This document shows positions 1-13,973 of a stretch of 64,000 nt of DNA, one piece after another. Source of the stretch: Octopus bimaculoides. Its lineage: Eukaryota. The position numbers were made by a program, and so were the translations under genes. Position 1 is the first letter of the stretch; the number at the start of each line of letters is the position of its first letter. The notes beneath the pieces are model-generated. The model had not been told where the DNA came from, did not search any database, and worked only from the letters and a program-made list of their open reading frames with translations. The stretch is taken from positions 88,731,129 through 88,795,128 of the forward strand of contig NC_068988.1 of the NCBI RefSeq assembly GCF_001194135.2, written 5' to 3'.

Positions 1-400
1 TAGAAACACTCTGCTTCTCAGTCACTCGTAGAGCTAGCCTTCTCCGTTATAATCTCTCCTACTACATCCGAATCTGTCATCAGCTCCACTGAGTCTTCCT
101 TGACGAGATCGTTAATATTTCCGTCGTCAACCTGGAGACTCGTGGACTTGCTAAGAGGCACTATCTCCTCGACTACAAATGTCTCAGACTCAAACCCCTC
201 GAAGTGTCTTTCGGATACGCAGTCAGGCCACAGCTTCCCCCATAGAGAATTCAGTGTTCTCCTCGTTACATCCTGCTAGGCCATACCAATGATTTTCAGG
301 CAGTTAACAGTGTTGTAGTGTTCCTTTCAAAACTCACCAATGGTTAGATTTGTATTTTTGGTGACTTGAAAGCACCGATGAAACAGGTGTTTCGCGTACA
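1..400 (-). pseudogene. Tigger/pogo-family transposase C-terminal remnant
   Basis: Manual minus-strand translation gives YAKHLFHRCFQVTKNTNLTIGEF*KEHYNTVNCLKIIGMA*QDVTRRTLNSLWGKLWPDCVSERHFEGFES...VVEEIV. This matches the Tigger-type DDE C-terminus (…RRTLNSAWKKLWPD…FEGF). In-frame stops are present. Confidence 0.8.
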
Positions 401-439
401 AAATCTTAAAATTAGAGATCACCAGTTGATACATGGGCT

Positions 440-750
440 GCAATATAGGGTGGCGTTAAAGTGTTTGATCAAGCTCCCTATTTTCGTTATTTAGTCCCAT
501 CTGACAATCGTCTGTTCTCCAACATGAAAAATCACTTGGCTAGTAACCTGTATCGCAGTGGAGATGACGTCATGTTGATGGCTTTGTTCACAAACAGGGT
601 GAAAGTTTCTTCACCTATGGGCTCTAAGAACTGCAACATCGATGGAAGAAATGTCAGGACTGCAAGAATGGCTATGCTGAAAACTAACCCCATTTTGCCA
701 CATTCCATGACATAATCTTCGTCAGCCTATAAAATTTTGTGCTGACTTCC
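440..750 (+). pseudogene. mariner transposase 3' remnant
   Basis: ORF 461-715 contains APYFRYLVPSDNRLFSNMKNHLASNLYRSGDDV, a decayed HPPYSPDLAPSDYHLF motif. It is followed by HRWKKCQDCKNGY (frameshifted) and a TIR-like end. It resembles the end of the 9470-10690 copy. Confidence 0.8.
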
Positions 751-1709
751 GTAGACTGAAAATAAGGGAAACTCTTGAATTTTGACTAATTCCTTTAAAT
801 GTAGATTGCACTTGCATTTGACTCATGTTCAGATATACTCTCAACAGCACATAGGTTAGTGCTCAATTTACATTTACTTTTTCATATAGCAGATGTCCCT
901 CGGTATCTTTGTTTGTTTATTTACATGGCCAAGCTGTCTATAATGCTTGTGTGTATGTTGTAGACTATAACTGACAAGCGAGCCATATTATAAACTAACT
1001 TATGGTTCAGACACTGGTTTTAGACACTTCAAACGTGATTATTACCGCAAATACAATAATATCACTCACGTACAAACACTGAGGTAACTTGAGACGTTCT
1101 ACATTGGACAGATAAATGAAACAGTGCGACAGTAAAGTAGAAGAGATGAGGACCGCAATGTCTATTATACATGAAACTGCTCTTTTACAAACTTCCTTCA
1201 GAAACTAATCATAACTTTAATAGAAAGTTTGTAATGATATCCAACATTTATTGTGAGACCTGTTTTTGAAGTATGTATTGGATCATGTCCATGAAATAAC
1301 TGCAATAGCTGTTATTATGCCTGAAATCGTACAGCTGTTCTCAATTCCGAAAATTGGATATTATTTATTTCCAATTACAAAACCATCAGTTCAGAAGATC
1401 GTATTCTTTGGTCTACATATATGTACATATACATATTATCCATGCATAGATAGGTACATATGCATATGGTTATGCGCAGCTATTTATCTATCCTTCTGCA
1501 CATGGATGTATTCGCACATACGTACATACATACATACATACGTACACACATAGATACATTCATACATACATGCATACATACAGACAGACAGACATACAAA
1601 CATACATAAACATATACATGCACACATTTATGCATACAATATACATACATGCACACATCCATACATACATATATACAAACATACATACTTATATACATAC
1701 ACAAATGCG

Positions 1710-1782
<73 letters not shown>

Positions 1783-1844
1783 TTATACATACATATATAC
1801 ATATATTTACGGACATATATATATATATATGCATATTTATATAT

Positions 1845-2072
1845 TTTTCTTTATTGCCCACAGCAGTTAAACACAGAGAGGGCAAACAAAGACATGCAAA
1901 CACGGATTAAGTCGATTACATCGACCCCAGTGCGTAACTGGTACTTATTTAATCGACCCCGAAAGGATGAAAGGCAAAGTCTACCTTGGCGGAATTTGAA
2001 CTCAGAACGTAATGGCAGACGAAATATCGCTAAGCATTTCGCCATGTGTGGTGACGATTTTGCCAGCTCGTC
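1845..2072 (-). mobile_element. tRNA-derived SINE, family A
   Basis: Reverse complement has the head GCGAGCTGGCA, B-box GAGTTCAAATTCC, central GCCTTTCATCCTTTCGGGGTCGAT…AAGTACCAG and tail …GTGGGCAATAAAGAAA. The same sequence recurs more than 10 times in the window. Confidence 0.9.
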
Positions 2073-2118
2073 GTGCTATATGTATATATATGTCCGTAAA
2101 TATATGTATATATGTATG

Positions 2119-2169
<51 letters not shown>

Positions 2170-2258
2170 NNNNNNNNNNNNNNNNNNNNNNNNNNNNNNN
2201 NNNNNNNNNNNNNNNNNNNNNNNNNNNNNNNNNNNNNNNNNNNNNNNNNNNNNNNNNN

Positions 2259-2325
<67 letters not shown>

Positions 2326-2399
2326 TTGATACAGAGAATTTGTAACAAAGCAAACAGGGTGAACACATGATTAAGGCCGACAAATATCAAGTTGTGATG

Positions 2400-2820
2400 T
2401 TTGTAGAGGCCACAGCTCATGGACAAATATATACCAGACACTACAGATATACAGAAGGCAATTTCTGAAAGAGGCTACAATTATGTAGAACGTCCCTTTT
2501 GAGAATATCACATGCACTAATGAATGAGAACTGTATGGAATAACCCTGGCATTATCTGTAAAACTAGAAATGTATTCAACAGCATAAGGTGCATATAGGG
2601 TACATTGGTAATACATCTAGAAGCATTGCGGAGAGACTAAATGACCATTTGAAAGAATATCACGACTAAAAATAGTTTTCAATACTCTAACAACATGCCG
2701 AAGACCAACATGGAGGCACGCTGGACCGACTTGACATCCATATTTTATCCAGGCACCCGAAGGACACAACACCCACACAAATACAGGAAAGCATCCCAGT
2801 ATTAAATAGGAGATATACAT
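2400..2820 (+). pseudogene. Penelope-like element GIY-YIG endonuclease remnant
   Basis: From 2601 the sequence reads YIGNTSRSIAERLNDHLK. CKTRNV lies upstream and QHAEDQHGG…IQESI downstream, with frameshifts. This is the GIY-YIG pattern typical of PLEs. Confidence 0.6.
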
Positions 2821-3049
2821 AGAAAGTAGTGATACCCCAATACCCACATCTTATACATAAAGATGTAGATTTGTTAGTAGCCTGTTATGTAGACGTATAT
2901 ATATATAGTCTTTTGATACAAAAAATATATGTATANNNNNNNNNNATATATATATATGTGTGTGTATGTATGTATATGTGTGTGTGTGGACGCGCGCGTA
3001 TGTGTATGTATGTATATATCTATATATCTACGTCTGCTGAATCAACTCA

Positions 3050-3140
3050 AGAACCGTTGGTTTGCCCGAAACTATACTAGAAAGCTTGTGCTCTGAGATA
3101 CTGAACCTGAACCCAAGTGGTTCAGAACAAACGTTTGTTA
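3050..3140 (-). mobile_element. degenerate family B SINE 5' fragment
   Basis: Weak similarity to the family B head (…ACTGAACCTGAACC…GTGGTT). Confidence 0.4.
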
Positions 3141-4009
3141 TATAACGTACATAGACATGTACATAATTTGAAATTTATTTTCTAAAAGTGAAACTTCACA
3201 AACAGTTACATTCAGTTTCGCATTGACAAAATTAAGACGATTACACAATGGAAAACGTAGATTTTTTTCCTATCCTTCTCTACATTAAAACCGGTGAGAC
3301 CTGCAAATATATACCAGGCACTACAGATATACAGAAGAGCCATTTATTTTTCTCCCTATAAATTGTATAGTACGGTTAACATACGTTACGATGAGTGTAT
3401 CGCCTGTAATTTCACAGTCTGATAACTTTCAGCGTTAGGTATGTATGTCTCGAGCCAATATATCGTCTATAACTCCATCACAATTTATTTTATCCACAGA
3501 GATATTACATCGATAAAGTGTAATCGATTATTTAAAGGTTTTAACTTCACAGCGTAAATATGTCATTTTTAATTTTATGATTGGTGTTAAAAACGATTAT
3601 GGTGAGGATGACGACGACGACGACGATGACGATGACAACGACGACGACGATGACGGTCACGATGACGGTCACGATGACGGCGACGACGCCCAATGATGAC
3701 GGTGATTGTGATTATGATTATGTTGATGCGTGTTTTTGCGTGTGTGTGTGTGCATGTGCGTATGTGTGTATGTGTGTGTGTGTATGTGTGTGTATGTGTG
3801 TGTTGATGTGATGTGGTTTGTGTGTGAGTGTTTGTGCACGTGTGTGCGCGTATGTCTGTGCGTCTGATTCTGATACATAATCCTTTTGTGAAAAATGTCA
3901 ACGTCAACGTGATATCTGAAATCCTTTAATATCTACATAATAATTGCCGAAATAAACATGGGTTGTTTAGATGGCTGATTGAATTTTCCAGTCAAGCTTT
4001 ACATCATGT

Positions 4010-4062
<53 letters not shown>

Positions 4063-4705
4063 GTGAAATAGAGAAAGATAAATGAGAGAGAGTGAGAGAG
4101 ATGTCTGTAAAAGAAAAACATTAATGGCCTCCGATGAGCGCACATATGAAACTTTGTGGCAGACAAGTGTAAAAAGAAGCCGCTAAACATATTTACACAC
4201 ATTGTGAGAGAAAAGTGAGGGAAGAGAAAGAGAGTAAATGACAGTATGGAGGAGATACACAAACGATAAACATTAGAACATTTTTATTTCAAAGCAATGA
4301 ATAGTTTCTTTTCAAACTTCGTATGTATTTCAAGTTTATATAAACACCAAGAAATTTGATAAAGGTTAAATTATATCCGCAAGTATGCCGTATTTCTTTC
4401 AATTACCCATTGTGTCAAAGTGTATTTCTAAAGTTACCCGTTATATGTGGGATAACTTCCTCGGGGACAGCATATTACCGTTAAGGCGCGAAATTGCGTT
4501 TGAACATCTGGTCGATAACTGATGAGGAGTTGGTGACCTTCTGTGTCTGATTCCCAGTTGTTTGTGCAATTATTATGTTTTTCAATATTATTTAATTCAA
4601 CGCTACTTACGAAATAAAATTTTTGTTTACGAGTCAGTATTCCATAATTTGTACGATTTTTACGCCTTCTTTCTCTCCCTCGCTCTCCCCCTTTTACTCC
4701 CTCTT

Positions 4706-4736
<31 letters not shown>

Positions 4737-5373
4737 GCCTGTATATCTCTCTTTCTCTCTTCCTCTTTTCCTTTCCTTCTATGCTGTTGTCTATCATGTT
4801 ATTCTGCCTTCCGTCTCTTCTCTGCTCTGTGCGTTTCTCTCTGCCCCCTGCCACCTTTCCTCCTACTACTACTGACATGCAACATGTGGTCAGTCTTATT
4901 TTCTTCCTTTTGACGCGGGTTGACCGACCAAAGTGGTTTCATTTCCTCTCGACTCGCACCCTATTCACCTTTCACTGTCTCTCTGTTAACCCTATAGAAT
5001 ATTCTCCCCGGCGGTACATTTCTTCATCTCCAGTCCGGCCCTAAGGCATTATTTTATTTGTTTATATATTTCAGTTCCGTCATATTCTCACAATCGTCCT
5101 GTTTGTTTTTGTCTATGTCACTCGTCCGTCTACAAATTGTCTCCTCTTGCATTATATTTATTCCACATCTGTATGTCAACATTCTATGCTTAATTGTTTA
5201 CTTCTTGTCTGGCTGTTGATATTTTGTCTTCCTTTTTGGCTTGCCAGTCAACGCCACCAGGTGGGGATGTAATATTCTAGCTAAAGTGAAAAATTGCGTT
5301 CGACTCTCTCACATGAGGAGTCGGTGACCTGTGTCTGTTTCCTGTTTGATTGTACATTTATTATGTTTCAAAC

Positions 5374-5489
<116 letters not shown>

Positions 5490-6543
5490 TGTATGTATGT
5501 GTGGCAATTGCAGGTAGGATATAACGACATAATTGAGAATGTAATTTCTTCATCATAAAGTGCTTAATTTATTTATATACTCTCACTTCTGAATGTCAAA
5601 ATTAAATTTAAAATAATTAGTAAGTATATGATGGTGAGCTGTAAAATTTTTAATTCTTAATTTAATTTAGCTGTTTCTGAGAAGGAATAAGTGAATAATG
5701 AATTGAAAAAGAAATTCAAGATGTCCTACTAAGATTTCTGATCGTAAAGAATTACTTTTCAATATATCAATTAAGTCTGTTAAATTATTATGAGCACACA
5801 AATCAGTGAGACACAATATGACAGTATAGATATTTATTAAGATGTTTCGCCAGATAATTCAATGTGGGTAATATATACTCATTGTTGAATTTCATATTCG
5901 GACAAAATCTTCAGCCTTTGGACGATGTGTATGTGGCAAGTGGACTCGGAAAACACTGGTGTTTCGGTAGGATTACTACGTCTTTTCAGTCAGAGACATC
6001 GACTGAAGCTATGAACCTTAACAGGAACGACTGTAGTTATTTACAGAATTCAGCAAACAAAATAATTCTTGGTGTATTCGTTTGTCCGCAAAAGAGATAA
6101 AACTCTATTATAGCAAATTTGCTTACTACAAAGTAATACTAATATTTTTAAAAAGATTGCTATTTCACAAGTACTTTGTATGTATGTGTGTATGTATGTA
6201 CATGTGAATACATATGTAGTATATATGTAGATACACACACACACACACACACACACATACACACACACACATACATACACACACGCACACATACATATAT
6301 ATATGGATATGTAAATGCACATACATATATATATATTCATATACATATATTTTATCATAGTTGGCCGCCAAAACTTTTTTCTGCAAAATGGGGGTAGCTT
6401 ATCCTGTTCAGGCTATATTATTAGCATTATCCTGCGTTTGAGAATTTAAAATCGCTTCTTTAACTTTCTCAGACATCTCAACGCTTCTAAAAGCAGACTT
6501 CGTTTGTTTGTTTACCTTCAATGTAATTTGAATTTAACATATG

Positions 6544-6578
<35 letters not shown>

Positions 6579-7163
6579 NNNNNNNNNNNNNNNNNNNNNN
6601 NNNNNNNNNNNNNNNNNNNNNNNNNNNNNNNNNNNNNNNNNNNNNNNNNNNNNNNNNNNNNNNNNNNNNNNNNNNNNNNNNNNNNNNNNNNNNNNNNNNN
6701 NNNNNNNNNNNNNNNNNNNNNNNNNNNNNNNNNNNNNNNNNNNNNNNNNNNNNNNNNNNNNNNNNNNNNNNNNNNNNNNNNNNNNNNNNNNNNNNNNNNN
6801 NNNNNNNNNNNNNNNNNNNNNNNNNNNNNNNNNNNNNNNNNNNNNNNNNNNNNNNNNNNNNNNNNNNNNNNNNNNNNNNNNNNNNNNNNNNNNNNNNNNN
6901 NNNNNNNNNNNNNNNNNNNNNNNNNNNNNNNNNNNNNNNNNNNNNNNNNNNNNNNNNNNNNNNNNNNNNNNNNNNNNNNNNNNNNNNNNNNNNNNNNNNN
7001 NNNNNNNNNNNNNNNNNNNNNNNNNNNNNNNNNNNNNNNNNNNNNNNNNNNNNNNNNNNNNNNNNNNNNNNNNNNNNNNNNNNNNNNNNNNNNNNNNNNN
7101 NNNNNNNNNNNNNNNNNNNNNNNNNNNNNNNNNNNNNNNNNNNNNNNNNNNNTCTGTCTATCG

Positions 7164-7232
<69 letters not shown>

Positions 7233-7863
7233 CCTGTCTGTATGTATGCCTGCTTATTTGTCTGTCTATATATCCATCTGGGTATCTATCTGTAGGCATG
7301 TATATATGCATACGTATATGTATATCCATACATACGCACAAACACATATACACACTCAGGCATGTAAATACACATAGAAAAACATACACATACAACAATA
7401 CATATACACACAAATACGCGCCCGTGCACACACACACACACACACACGCACACACACCTGTATCTATGTAGGGTGTGTACGTGTGTGCTTCTACCTCTAC
7501 ATATCTACAGATACAGACGCACAAACGCGATCTGGCTGTTAAAATATGTTTAAATATGGGAACAGAGTACCCGTATACACATCTGTAATTGTCTCTGTGA
7601 CTTTGCTTATGTGTTGAGTGAATGTGTAAAATAACAGCATGTATCAGAATTTTTGTGACTATGCCCTAGTTTTAAACTATTTCATTAAAGACATTTCATA
7701 TTTTTTAATTAGTATTTTTATAACTTCTGTCGGCCATTAATTTTCCAAGGTCGATCGACGTTTCAAGAACATTATGGCCATATCCTCTGTATGAATCGTG
7801 TGTAGCGGTGACATTTATGGCTTGTTTTTTGTTTCTTTATCAGAAAATGTGTGTTCGTGTCTA

Positions 7864-7955
<92 letters not shown>

Positions 7956-8614
7956 TATACAAAAAATATATGTTCTTCTGAGTGAAGGTATATGTGTCAA
8001 CATAGACACTCAGAGGTAATAAAGTATTTATAGCTCCGTCTAAAGCAATTTCAGGTTTATAACCCCCATATACAGGGAGCAAACACGGGTCTAAGCAACA
8101 AAACTATAACCATTCAGAACAACTGGATTCTCATTCATTTTTGTTGCTATCAGAGGGAAAGAGAAATATAAAGAGATAGCGCGCGAGAAGGAGAACTGCA
8201 GAGACTTAGAATGATATACAGAAATAGAGACACAGTGCGTGAGAAGGAGCTAAAAAGAGGGAGAATCTATATTTACTATTTAATTTACTGTAGGTTATCT
8301 TTTCTGTAGACACGCCAAATTAGTGTTTTTTTCTTTCTTTTAGTGAGACTTATATTTTACAAGAAATGCCGCAATAAGTATGAGACAATCACTGAGAGGT
8401 CATGGAACGTTATATAGAAAAAAGTCATCACCTGAACATATTTTCTACTGAATATCTTAACTAAGGAGTATTTTGATGTAGAGTCAGCAATTAGTGTGTG
8501 AGACCCCTCCGGTAAGACACCATGCAATATATAAAAGAATTCTTTTTTCATACAATGATTTCAGCCTCGGTTCGTGTTGGAGCTGCTGCTGCGGCTGCTG
8601 CTGCTGCTGCTACT

Positions 8615-8661
<47 letters not shown>

Positions 8662-8675
8662 GCTGCTGCTGCTAC

Positions 8676-8709
<34 letters not shown>

Positions 8710-9324
8710 NNNNNNNNNNNNNNNNNNNNNNNNNNNNNNNNNNNNNNNNNNNNNNNNNNNNNNNNNNNNNNNNNNNNNNNNNNNNNNNNNNNNNNNNNNN
8801 NNNNNNNNNNNNNNNNNNNNNNNNNNNNNNNNNNNNNNNNNNNNNNNNNNNNNNNNNNNNNNNNNNNNNNNNNNNNNNNNNNNNNNNNNNNNNNNNNNNN
8901 NNNNNNNNNNNNNNNNNNNNNNNNNNNNNNNNNNNNNNNNNNNNNNNNNNNNNNNNNNNNNNNNNNNNNNNNNNNNNNNNNNNNNNNNNNNNNNNNNNNN
9001 NNNNNNNNNNNNNNNNNNNNNNNNNNNNNNNNNNNNNNNNNNNNNNNNNNNNNNNNNNNNNNNNNNNNNNNNNNNNNNNNNNNNNNNNNNNNNNNNNNNN
9101 NNNNNNNNNNNNNNNNNNNNNNNNNNNNNNNNNNNNNNNNNNNNNNNNNNNNNNNNNNNNNNNNNNNNNNNNNNNNNNNNNNNNNNNNNNNNNNNNNNTT
9201 TGTCAAATGATACAAACATTTTAAAAACAATGAGAATTCTTATAACGGTTGTAAACCTGGCTGTTGTCGCTTTTATCCTAGAAATATTGCACGTTTTGAA
9301 TGAATTATATAGTTCTCCCTGGTA

Positions 9325-9465
9325 GGGCTTCCGAAAATTTCTAGGCGATTTTGAAGGATGAAAATAAATCGAAAAAATTTGCTATGCAATAAAATTTTAT
9401 TCATCAAACTAACCTCCATTGTTTTTTTTTGTTTTTTTTTTTCATTATTGATTTGAGTTCATCTG
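9325..9465 (-). mobile_element. probable 3' end/TIR of the outer (minus-strand) mariner
   Basis: Minus strand reads RR*TQINNEK (a decayed RWxxVIxxNG), then an AT-rich UTR and a TIR-like AAAATCGCCTAGAAATTTTCGGAAGCCCTA. Confidence 0.4.
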
Positions 9466-9469
9466 CGAA

Positions 9470-10690
9470 CGTAGGCTGAAAAAGCTGACTATGGAGAAGT
9501 GATGGAATAGTAGTGAAATCTTGCATGCATTAATTTCAACTAATCTTATTTACAACCAGAAGGTAAACTTACATCTGACTGTTCAAAGAAGATTTCATTT
9601 GTAACAAGTAGCAAATTCTCTTGAAAATAGACAAATTTTAGTATCGTTATCAAGAACTTACAGGAAAACGGTTTAGCCCCCAAAGACATTCATGCTAACA
9701 TGTTCGCTTCTTTAGAGTATGACGCTCCGGTTTTATCAAAAGTGCAGCTGAATTTAGGAGGGGAAGTGAGCGTTTGACCATGAGCCAAAATCTGGATGTC
9801 CTGCAAGTGCCGTCACCGAAGAAAACCTTAATCGTGTTCATCACATACTGATGGATGTCAGGCGATTGCCAGTAAATCAAATAAACAATGCCATAAGCAT
9901 ATCTCGTGGGAGAATTGAGAATATGTTGCAAAGTGGATAAACATGACCAACGTTTCAGTAGACGCCATGTCTTCCGCCACCTGATCAAAAGCTCACCGTG
10001 CTGATCACACCAAAGGAAAATCTGACATTGTTTGAGGAATATTATGTTGCATTCCTCGGCGATTTCTTAAACCACGATGAGTGCTGGAGTCATCACTTTG
10101 AGCTAACACTCACAAAGTGACAATCCAAGCAATGGAATCACTCCCCCTCACCTGTTCCAAATAAGGCAAATGTTGTTTCTTCTAGGAAGGTGATAGCCTC
10201 AGTCTTTTGGAACGCAAACAGCATTGTTGTTATTGATTTATGTTCGATGGAGAGAACTATGCCAACTTACATTGGCAGTTACGAAAGGCTATCGAGACCC
10301 AGTGCTGAAGATAACAGTAGGAAGTAGTCTTGTTTCATTTTGACATTGCTCTAGCACAAATGTTCTTGGCCACAATGGCTGATGTTTGAGACTGTGTTTT
10401 GGAATTGGTTGATCATCCTTCTTATTCACCTGATTTGGCCCTCTCTGGCTATCGTCTGTTCCTCAACATGAAAGTACACTAGCTTGAGAACCAGTATCTT
10501 AGTGATGATGACTTCATATCTGCTGTTAAAGAATGTTTTTGATCAACAGGATAATAACGTGTTGGGATCCAAGCACTGCCACACCGACGGAAGAAGTGCG
10601 TGGACCGCAATGGGGACTCTGCTTAAATATAAACGTTATCTTGTCACATTCCATGAGAATGTCTTGATAATCCTATGAATTTTTCGTCAT
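9470..10690 (+). mobile_element. near full-length decayed mariner element (~1.2 kb)
   Basis: Fragments translate to VIKNLQENGLAPKDIHANM, KSGCPASAVTEENLNRVHHILM, HDECWSHHFE, KVIASVFWNA and DHPSYSPDLALSGYRLF. These cover the HTH and D,D34D regions, with many stops and frameshifts. Confidence 0.9.
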
Positions 10691-11470
10691 GCAAATAGAA
10701 ATGGCTGCCTTGGGAGAAAAGATGTTATCTAGATGGATTTTGCCTGCAGCCAAACCATTACATGATATTTCCGTTGTTGGAATTTTACAACTGCCAAAAC
10801 AAATGAGCATCAGATGGTAAAAGATCGGGATAATATGGTGGATACAGCAAAACAACGCACCAATGCTCATTTAACTTTGTGCCGGAAGACAAATACGTAT
10901 GAGGTTTGGTGTTGTCGTGTTGGGAACAAAACCAGTTTCCTGTAGCTGGTGGCAGGTCACGTCAAACTTTATGGTCTGATTTGGTAGGTATAGCTCATAA
11001 TAAATAATTTCTTTGAAATCTCACCTGACAGAAATTAGGTTTGGTAGCTGTTTTTGAGGATTTTAAAATTTATTTTGGAGGATTAAGTGATCACTAAGTG
11101 TTTATAAACAGGACTTTCTGAAACTTCCAGCATCTATGCCAGCTCCCTAGCCGTGATATTTAGTTTGCTGTAATGTCCACATTCAAAACTTCGTCGCCCT
11201 ACTCTGCGGGTCTTCCACAGCTATTGACATCATCTGAGCAGAGATCTCTATGCTTGAATTTTGCAAACAATCTGCGAAAAGATGGTACTCATACAACAGC
11301 TTCACCATACGTTTTACAAATAGTTTTACACATTTCCACAGGGTTTTCACCCTTTTTTAGAAGAACAGTCATATAAAATATAACAGCCTTATAAAGCCAC
11401 ATATCCATGTTTGACCTTCATCGGCGAGGACAAATGTGAATGACAAACGGAACAAACTTTCAGGTGTATG
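10690..11470 (-). mobile_element. second mariner element (different lineage), internally deleted
   Basis: Minus-strand fragments read LLKKGENPVEMCKTICKTYGE…RRLFAKFK…SCGRP, ITARELA*MLEVS, QHDNTKPHT and LYPPYYPDLLPSDAHLF. Confidence 0.8.
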
Positions 11471-12800
11471 ATAATCGACAAAAAGGAACTTTAAGAGCAA
11501 CATATTTTGAATAAAAATCACAAAAAGTATAAATTTCACATAATTACTTACAGCAACTATTTCATTAGAATAAATACCATTAATTCCACAAATACGTAAT
11601 TAACGAACATAATCAATTAAATATACATTTAATTTAATCATTTTACAAGCCTTGTTTACCTAAATTGTCGGGAATGTTTTGTGCTATGTTCCTCAGAAAA
11701 TCGTTACTGTCTTAAATGCTACGCCTCAGAAAATGACGGTTGTCTTAGTCAGGACTCTTTTTATATTAGTTCCGCTCGTTCGGATGAACTTTGAGTTAAT
11801 GGACAACTACAAAAATCTACACAATTCAGTCTTTCCACTGCCATTAGTGGTGCTAAAGCTAACTGCTATATAACCCTCAACGCATATCCAGCCGTCTAAT
11901 AAAATAATATCTTATAAAATCTACTTGCCATAAAGAAGAGATGGTCACGATTGGAACGCGAATCACATTACTCTAAAGAACAAAAACAACTAAACAACAG
12001 AAGCCAACTTTAGAAAGTGAGGAAATGGAACAGGTCATATAAAATATAGAGCAAGATGGCAGCCAATATAACCTTCACCTTGGTGACGTCATCATTAGTA
12101 TTGTTGTCCTCCATTCACTTAATCAGAGTCAGTGTGTTTGTTTCCCTGCATGCGTGTTTGTGTGTGCACCTATGTGTTCATTTCGTTCGTTTGCTATATG
12201 TGGGAGAGTGTAAGTGTGTATTTACGCGATTGTTTATATTTATCTAAGTCTCCGCAAGAGTGCCTTAAGGTAGATAGGTACATCACTGGCGTGTAGCGCG
12301 TGCCTTCTCATGTATGAGCGTATATAAGTTAGGCTGTGCTCGTGTTTGTTTATATGTAAATCTGTGCGTATGTGTGTGTGTGTGCATACGCACTCAAATG
12401 TATGTCTGTGGTGTGTGTGGTGCGTGGTGCGTGGTGTGTGGTGCGTGGTGCGTGGTGTGTGGTGTGTGCATGAAACTACATAGAATTGTATTTTCTATGT
12501 GCGTGCATTTCATTACTAATAAAAATTCCATTACCATACGCACGCACGCGCATACATTCATACTCACATAAATACATTAGTATATGAATTGTCGGTAACT
12601 GAATATATATTGGTGTGTACATAATTGAGTGTTCAATTATGTATGTATGCATGTATGTATGTAGGCGTGTATGTATGCATGTATATATATATACATATGC
12701 ATATATATATATATATANNNNNNNNNNNNNNNNNNNNNNNNNNNNNNNNNNNNNNNNNNNNNNNNNNNNNNNNNNNNNNNNNNNNNNNNNNNNNATATAC

Positions 12801-12831
<31 letters not shown>

Positions 12832-13373
12832 CATACATACATACATACATACATACATACATACACGCAGCTGTTTATGCGTAGATCGAGATTTACGAAT
12901 GACAGCAAATATGCGAGTGTGTGAGTGTGAGTGTGTATGTGTGTGTGTATGTTCGTGAGTGCGTGTGTGTGTGTGTATGAGTGTGTGTGCTTTGTATACT
13001 TGCTTATGAGTTGAATGTTATATCCGTTTATAAGTCGGTTTACAATATGCGTGTAGGTATAATTGCATAGGTATTTGCTCATAAACGTGTGTAGATATAC
13101 ATAAGTATATTTGCAAGGGTATGCAAAGTCTGTGCGTATGTGTGTATATGTGAGTATATATGCGTATGTGTGTTTGTGTGTACAAATCTATGTATGCGTA
13201 ACAAGATATAGATGTGCGGCTTCTGGAAGTTATGTTACTAATTCACTACAAAGCAAGTAACCTTAATTTTCTATCTAATGATATATTTAAGATCAACATG
13301 TTATATTTTTCCTGCGGCATGGTACAACTCACAAGGCATTCTCTCCCCTATTTTAAAGTTTATCTGGACTTAC

Positions 13374-13437
13374 CTTTCTCTCAGCAGAGACACGGCGGGG
13401 ATTTCTGCCAGCCAGTAATAGAAGCCAGATCGATGAA
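13374..13437 (-). CDS. candidate 64-nt internal exon of an unidentified gene
   Basis: Consensus donor AAG|GTAAGT at 13374 and an AG acceptor at 13438-13439, in a locally GC-richer non-repeat segment. Two frames are open (HRSGFYYWLAEIPAVSLLRE or SSIWLLLLAGRNPRRVSAERK). Confidence 0.3.
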
Positions 13438-13898
13438 CTATTAAATGTCTTGCACAAATTTATAACATAAAACTTTATACGTTGTCTCTATCTATCTATC
13501 CATCTATCTATCTGTCTGTCTATCTATCTCGCTAGGTAGCTACTTAGGCAGCTCCCTAATATCTCTCGCTCTTTCTCTGAATATGTGTGTGTGGGTGTGT
13601 GTGTGTATGTATATGTTGTATACATATGTGTGTGTGGTGTGTATACATACATACATACATACATACATAAATATATATATATATATATATANNNNNNNNN
13701 NNNNNNNNNNNNNNNNNNNNNNNNNNNNNNNNNNNNNNNNNNNNNNNNNNNNNNNNNNNNNNNNNNNNNNNNNNNNNNNNNNNNNNNNNNNNNNNNNNNN
13801 NNNNNNNNNNNNNNNNNNNNNNNNNNNNNNNNNNNNNNNNNNNNNNNNNNNNNNNNNNNNNNNNNNNNNNNNNNNNNNNNNNNNNNNNNNNNNNNNNN

Positions 13899-13973
<75 letters not shown>

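Noticed and set aside
4518-4560. CTGATGAG followed by a weak hairpin, resembling a hammerhead start
   Set aside because: No GAAA follows stem II and no stem I/III can be formed.
11173-11376. Plus-strand ORF …EQRSLCLNFANNLRK resembling a LINE C-terminus
   Set aside because: It is the antisense of a clear mariner N-terminal HTH region.
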